DNA of 32,000 nt from Ureaplasma parvum serovar 3 str. ATCC 27815 (lineage in GTDB: Bacteria > Bacillota_I > Bacilli_A > Mycoplasmatales > Mycoplasmoidaceae). Below, in pieces: positions 22,953 to 32,000 of this stretch. Made by a program: the position numbers and the translations under genes. The stretch's first letter is position 1. Every line of letters starts with the position of its first letter. Location of the stretch: assembly GCF_000019345.1 (NCBI RefSeq), contig NC_010503.1, forward strand, positions 120,001 through 152,000, written 5' to 3'. Below the pieces are notes generated by a model. It saw only the letters and a list, made by a program, of their open reading frames with translations, was not told the origin of the DNA and made no database searches.

Positions 22953-22980
22953 AATACCAAGTCTAAAACTTGGTATTTTT
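22952..22980 (+). terminator. Rho-independent terminator
   Basis: aaataccaag-tctaaaa-cttggtattttt. Confidence 0.8.
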
Positions 22981-23014
22981 CACAGATAAGTTAATAATAG
23001 TAAAAGAGATAGTG

Positions 23015-24142
23015 ATGAAAATATGTGATAATATTAGTGAAATAAATGATGATCAGGATTTAGTCTTTATTGATATTGAAGCAACAGATAGTAAGGGCGA
23101 ACAACGAATTATTCAGTTTAGCGGATACCGTTTAAATATTAAAAAAAATAAAATTTTTAATTTTAATAAAAAATTCAATCCTGAACAAGAAATTAATTCA
23201 CGTATTAAAACCTTGCTGAACTTTAATAAAAATTTTAATAATATTGAACAAATGCCAAAATTAGATAAGCAAGCAGCAAGAGAAATTTATTGTTTTGTTA
23301 AAAATGCGATTGTCATTACTTTCACAGATTTTGATATTAAAAAAATGCACGAGCTTTTTACATATTATAATTTCGATTTTGAAAAAATCGTTTATTTTGA
23401 TGTTTATAAGTTTTTTGAAAAAAAATTACAAACTAAATCAGTTCCTAGTTTATTTTCATTAGGAATTCTAAGTGGAATTAAAATTAATTTTTTCAAATTA
23501 CATAATGCGCTATATGATGCTTTTATTTTAAAAGAAATTTTTATGTGTATTCGTCATAAAACGAACGAAGAATTATATGAAATGTATCGTTATTATGAAT
23601 TTTTGCCAAAAATTATTTCTTCTTCATATTTTGTTACTAATGAACAAGAAAAAAACAGGGGAATTATTAAAAAAGAAATTAAGTATGTAATGTATATTAA
23701 AGAATTTGATTTCTCAAATAAATTTAATTTAGACTTTGTTGTTTATAAAAAAGATCATCATTTTTATTCAAAACCAATTTATGATAGTAGTTTAGAATTG
23801 CAAACAATTTCTTCACTAACTTCCAAATCTAATTTTATGAAAGTTAAATTAGCAAACATCTTTTTTAATTATTTAAGTAAAAGTGCTGTTTTTAGTATAA
23901 AAAAACTATCAATAAAACAAAGTGAAAAATTCTTAAAATTTTATAAAACACAGACTAATAAAAGAAAGGTTATTAAAGTTTTAAATTTAAATCTTAAAAA
24001 AGAAATTAAACCTGAGAATTTTGTCATAAAAGCTCAAATAATTTGTGAAATACTTTTTAAAAACCCAATAATTCATCATTTTGTACATGAATATTTAAAA
24101 ATTTTTCAAAATATATTTTCTCAAGAAGAAAAAGATAATTAA
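23015..24142 (+). CDS. DEDD (DnaQ-like) 3'-5' exonuclease family protein, divergent
   Basis: DQDLVFIDIEATDSKGEQRIIQFSGYRLN (ExoI DxE motif), VITFTDFDIKKMHELF, LHNALYDAFILKEIF (ExoIII-like HNALYDA). Confidence 0.65.
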   Translation: MKICDNISEINDDQDLVFIDIEATDSKGEQRIIQFSGYRLNIKKNKIFNFNKKFNPEQEINSRIKTLLNFNKNFNNIEQMPKLDKQAAREIYCFVKNAIVITFTDFDIKKMHELFTYYNFDFEKIVYFDVYKFFEKKLQTKSVPSLFSLGILSGIKINFFKLHNALYDAFILKEIFMCIRHKTNEELYEMYRYYEFLPKIISSSYFVTNEQEKNRGIIKKEIKYVMYIKEFDFSNKFNLDFVVYKKDHHFYSKPIYDSSLELQTISSLTSKSNFMKVKLANIFFNYLSKSAVFSIKKLSIKQSEKFLKFYKTQTNKRKVIKVLNLNLKKEIKPENFVIKAQIICEILFKNPIIHHFVHEYLKIFQNIFSQEEKDN

Positions 24143-24165
24143 AACTAAGGATTTAAAATTAAGTA

Positions 24166-25113
24166 ATGAATTTAAAAGAAATTAAAATTAAAATTAACGA
24201 TGCCAATCAACGTTTAGATCGTTTTTTATTAAAAAATTTTCCTAATTTATCAAGAATTGCTGTTTATAAAATAATTAGAACAAAAGATGTTAAAGTTAAT
24301 CATAAGAAAGTTGATCATAATTATTTATTAAAAGAAAATGATGTTGTTAGTATTTATGCTAAGGAGAATTTTTTAGAAAAAAAAGTTGACTTATCTTTTG
24401 CTAATGCTAAAGATGAATTAGATATTATATATGAAGATAAAAATATTTTAGTTGTTCACAAACCGATTGGTTTAATTGTTCATGAAGATAATAGATATAA
24501 AAATGACACTTTACAAAATAGAATTAAGAAATATTTAGTTAAAAAGGATGAATATCATCCTTTTGATGAAAGTGCTTTTGTTCCTAGCTTATGTCATCGT
24601 TTAGATTTAAATACAAGTGGATTAATTGTTGCAGCTAAAACTGCAAATGCTTTAAGAGTAATTACTGAAATGTTTAAAAATAATGATGTGATTCGAATTT
24701 ATAAATGTTTAACATACAATCAATTACCTAAAAATAATGATGTTATTTATAATTTCATGTATAAAGCTGATGATAACACAATGATTGTACAAAATTTTAA
24801 AACAAAATTTAATAAAACAGCAATTACCAAATATACATATATAGATAAGTATAAAAAATATTTTATTTATGACATTGAACTATTAACTGGAAGAACCCAC
24901 CAAATACGAGCAGTTTTAAATTTTTTGCATGCACCAATTGTTGGTGAACAAAAATACATCACTAAAGATATTGATAAGAATCAAAATTATATGTATCAAT
25001 GTTTAGTATCATATAAGATCAAATTTATTAATTTAAAGAAATATCAATGTGAAGAATTAAATTATTTAGAGAATAAAGAATTTAGAATAAAAAATATTTG
25101 ATTTTTAAAATAA
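24166..25113 (+). CDS. RluD/RluC-family 23S rRNA pseudouridine synthase
   Basis: S4 domain NQRLDRFLLKNFPNLSRIAVYKIIRTKDVKVNHKK; catalytic LCHRLDLNTSGLIVAAKT; LLTGRTHQIRAVLNFLHAPIVGEQKY. In-frame UGA near the C-terminus extends it to 25113. Confidence 0.93.
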
Positions 25114-25179
25114 AAAATCTATATTGAATTAAGAATTTAAAAATATAAAAATACTTAATTAAAATTTAAAATAAATATC

Positions 25180-25209
25180 TTGACATTTTCTACACTTTTT
25201 TAATATAAT
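25180..25209 (+). promoter_or_regulatory. rrn promoter P1: TTGACA - 18 nt - TATAAT
   Basis: TTGACA 25180-25185; TATAAT 25204-25209. Confidence 0.7.
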
Positions 25210-25262
25210 CTTCTAGTGCTTTTAAGCAATTAGTTAAATAATTTAAAAAAATAAAATATTTC

Positions 25263-25291
25263 TTGACATTTTAAAAAAAATTGTTTATACT
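25263..25291 (+). promoter_or_regulatory. rrn promoter P2: TTGACA - 17 nt - TATACT
   Basis: TTGACA 25263-25268; TATACT 25286-25291. Confidence 0.7.
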
Positions 25292-25365
25292 ATAATGTAT
25301 TGTGTTTAAAGATTATTAATAATTAATCACAATAAGAATGTTCTTTGAAAACTAAATAGAATCCG

Positions 25366-26886
<1,521 letters not shown>

Positions 26887-27179
26887 TTCGGAGTAAATTT
26901 TTAATTTACGTACTAATAAGTGTACATTTTTATTAAAATCCATATGAATATAAGCCACTTTTTTAAATATTTTTAAAAATTCATATGGTCGGATTCTATT
27001 TAGTTTTGAGAGTTTATTCTCTCCCATAATAATTAATTTATTATGGATGATCGATCTTTGAAAACTGAATAATTATCAACAAATCTTTCTAATCATTGAC
27101 ATTAAGTTGTCAGTGAACAGAAACTATATTAAATTAAATATAGTTAACAATCATAAATAAACAACTTTAAGGATTTATA

Positions 27180-30090
<2,911 letters not shown>

Positions 30091-30152
30091 TCTTAGTTAA
30101 TTTTTAGAAGAATAGTTGATAATATTTAGTTTTCAGATGTCGATCATAATTG

Positions 30153-30258
30153 TGTAGTGATTATATCAGAGTGGAAATACCTGTTCCCATCCCGAACACA
30201 GAAGTCAAGCACTCTAGAGCCGAAAATAGCGCAAGTAAAATAGGTCATCGCTACGCTA
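30153..30258 (+). rRNA. rrf: 5S ribosomal RNA (ends approximate)
   Basis: gtggaaatacctgttcccatcccgaacacagaagtcaagc. Confidence 0.9.
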
Positions 30259-30293
30259 AAACCAACCTTGAAATTTAAGAGGTTGGTTTTTTT
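30259..30293 (+). terminator. rrn operon terminator
   Basis: aaaccaacct-tgaaatttaag-aggttggttttttt. Confidence 0.8.
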
Positions 30294-30398
30294 ATACTTA
30301 AATAATATATTTTTTAATATATATCAGTCTAATTTAAATAAATTAGTATATAATCAAAATGTGACAATCATTTATGATTAAGGATTTTATATTTAAAT

Positions 30399-30869
30399 AT
30401 GTTAAAGTTAATTTGATGTCAAACATTGAATGGTGGTATATCAAAAAATAATAAATTACCATGATATATAAAAGAAGAATTAGATCATTTTTATAAAACA
30501 ACAAAAAACCATAAAATTATAATGGGTAAAAACACTTTTGATTCATTAGATCAAAAACCATTAAATAATCGAACAAATATCATTTTTTCTTCAATTATGC
30601 AAACACCAGAAGACGAATCGTATTTTGTGACAAATGATTTTCAACAAGTATTAAACGATGCTAAAAAAGAGGATATTTTTATTATTGGCGGCAAGGAATT
30701 ATTTGATATTTTTTTAGCTTATGCAGATGTTTTAATTGTTTCTGTATTAAAAGATTATTATGATTGTGATCTATACATGAAAGTTGATTATAATAATTTT
30801 AATTTAGATAAACAAGATGTTTATGATAATTTTATTGTTAATTATTATTCAAATAAGAAGGAAAAATAA
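30399..30869 (+). CDS. folA: Dihydrofolate reductase-like protein
   Basis: With UGA=Trp: MLKLIWCQTLNGGISKNNKLPWYIKEELDHFYKTTKNHKIIMGKNTFDSLDQKPLNNRTNIIFSS...DIFIIGGKELFDIFL; LPW and IGG DHFR signatures. Confidence 0.8.
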
Positions 30870-30876
30870 AAGATTT

Positions 30877-31557
30877 ATGACCAAAAAACTGATTGTTTTT
30901 GATTTTGATGGTACAATTATGCACACGCATACAACTATGAGCCTATCTATTATTGGTGTTTTAGAATTTTATAATCATCATATACCAAGTTTAAAAGAAA
31001 TGAACGATCTGTTAGGTAATCTTTCTATGGTAAATATTTTTAAAAAGTATGCTAAACACGATCTTTTAAATATCGAAATTGAAATGATGATTTCTAAATA
31101 TTATGAAATATATGAATCTTCGCTTTTTATGATCCATAGTTATTTTTTTGATGGTATTTTAGACCTAATCAAAAAATTAAAATCACTTAATAATAATGTT
31201 AAATTAGCAATTTTATCAAATAAACGATCTTCTTTATTAGCAACAATGGTTGATTATTATAATTTACGACCTTATTTTGATTATATTTTTGGTGCTGAAG
31301 ATGTCGAACAAATGAAGCCAGATCCTAGTGGTTTACTAAAAATTATGAACAACTGTAATGTTGATCATAAAAATACTTTATTGATTGGTGATAGTATAGC
31401 TGATTTAAAAGCAGCTATAAATGCTAATTGTCATTTTATTTTAGTTAATTGAGAACCACAATATCAAAAGCACATGGAAACAATTATTAATTTAAAACCT
31501 CTTATTGTTAAAACAATTGATGAACTAGAAACACAAATTAACCACTTTTTATATTAA
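30877..31557 (+). CDS. HAD-superfamily hydrolase (phosphoglycolate phosphatase-like)
   Basis: MTKKLIVFDFDGTIMHTHTTM...LAILSNKRSSLLATMV...MKPDPSGLLKIMN...TLLIGDSIADLKAA; UGA=Trp extends it past 31452. Confidence 0.88.
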
Positions 31558-31613
31558 TGAACAAAAATGGCACAAAAAAGACTAGTTTATTATATAATAT
31601 ATAAGTGCTAGTT

Positions 31614-31687
31614 GCAGATGTAGTTCAATGGTAGAACGCAACCTTGCCAAGGTCGAGACGCGAGTTCGATTCTCGTCATCTGCTCCA
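31614..31687 (+). tRNA. tRNA-Gly(GCC) with encoded CCA
   Basis: Acceptor GCAGATG...CATCTGC-T-CCA; D-arm gttc..gaac; anticodon loop ttGCCaa; T-arm cgagttcgattctcg. Confidence 0.93.
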
Positions 31688-31751
31688 TTAATAAATAAAA
31701 AAGCAATTCTATTATGAATTGCTTTTTTTATTCTTTACTTAATTATTAAAA

Positions 31752-32000
31752 TTATTTAGTACCGAAAATTCGATCACCAGCATCACCTAAACCAGGAGTG
31801 ATATATCCATTTTCATTTAATTTATCATCTAATGCTGCGATATAAACATCAACTTCAGGATGAACTTCTTGAACATATTTAAGACCTTCTGGAGCTGCAA
31901 CAATACATACAAATTTAATGGATTTTGGATTGTATTTTTTAATAATATTAACAGCTTCAACAACACTACCTCCTGTTGCTAACATTGGATCTAAAATAAT
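31752..32000 (-). CDS. upp: Uracil phosphoribosyltransferase, C-terminal part (continues beyond the window)
   Basis: [81 protein letters not shown]. Confidence 0.93.
   Translation of the reverse strand: MILDPMLATGGSVVEAVNIIKKYNPKSIKFVCIVAAPEGLKYVQEVHPEVDVYIAALDDKLNENGYITPGLGDAGDRIFGTK

Overview
This is an AT-rich Mollicutes chromosome segment, most likely Ureaplasma. In-frame UGA reads as Trp in hsdR, uvrA, ftsH, serS, potC and others, so the supplied ORF track artificially splits many genes. From left to right the window holds: a rearranged type I restriction-modification (hsd) locus (188-6904); a Cys/His-rich putative metal-binding protein; uvrA; a lipoprotein; hpt; ftsH; serS; a potABCD-like spermidine/putrescine transport cluster; a SUFU-like protein; a DEDD exonuclease-like protein; an RluD-type pseudouridine synthase; a 16S-23S-5S rRNA operon with tandem promoters; a DHFR-like gene; a HAD hydrolase; tRNA-Gly(GCC); and the end of upp. 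The main discovery is in the hsd locus. hsdM and hsdS are each cut inside the coding sequence at a short near-palindromic site, TAATTCTAATT / AATTAGAATTA, present at 4295-4305, 6290-6300 and 6829-6839. Two inversions at these sites would rebuild, exactly in frame, a promoter -> hsdM (528 aa) -> hsdS (397 aa) -> hsdR operon on the minus strand. The window therefore looks like a double-inverted OFF state of a three-site invertible RM switch. Two further variation devices sit on top: a (GA)6 dinucleotide tract that would fuse or detach a third target-recognition module, and a 4x12-bp in-frame TELE repeat analogous to the EcoR124 TAEL spacer repeat.
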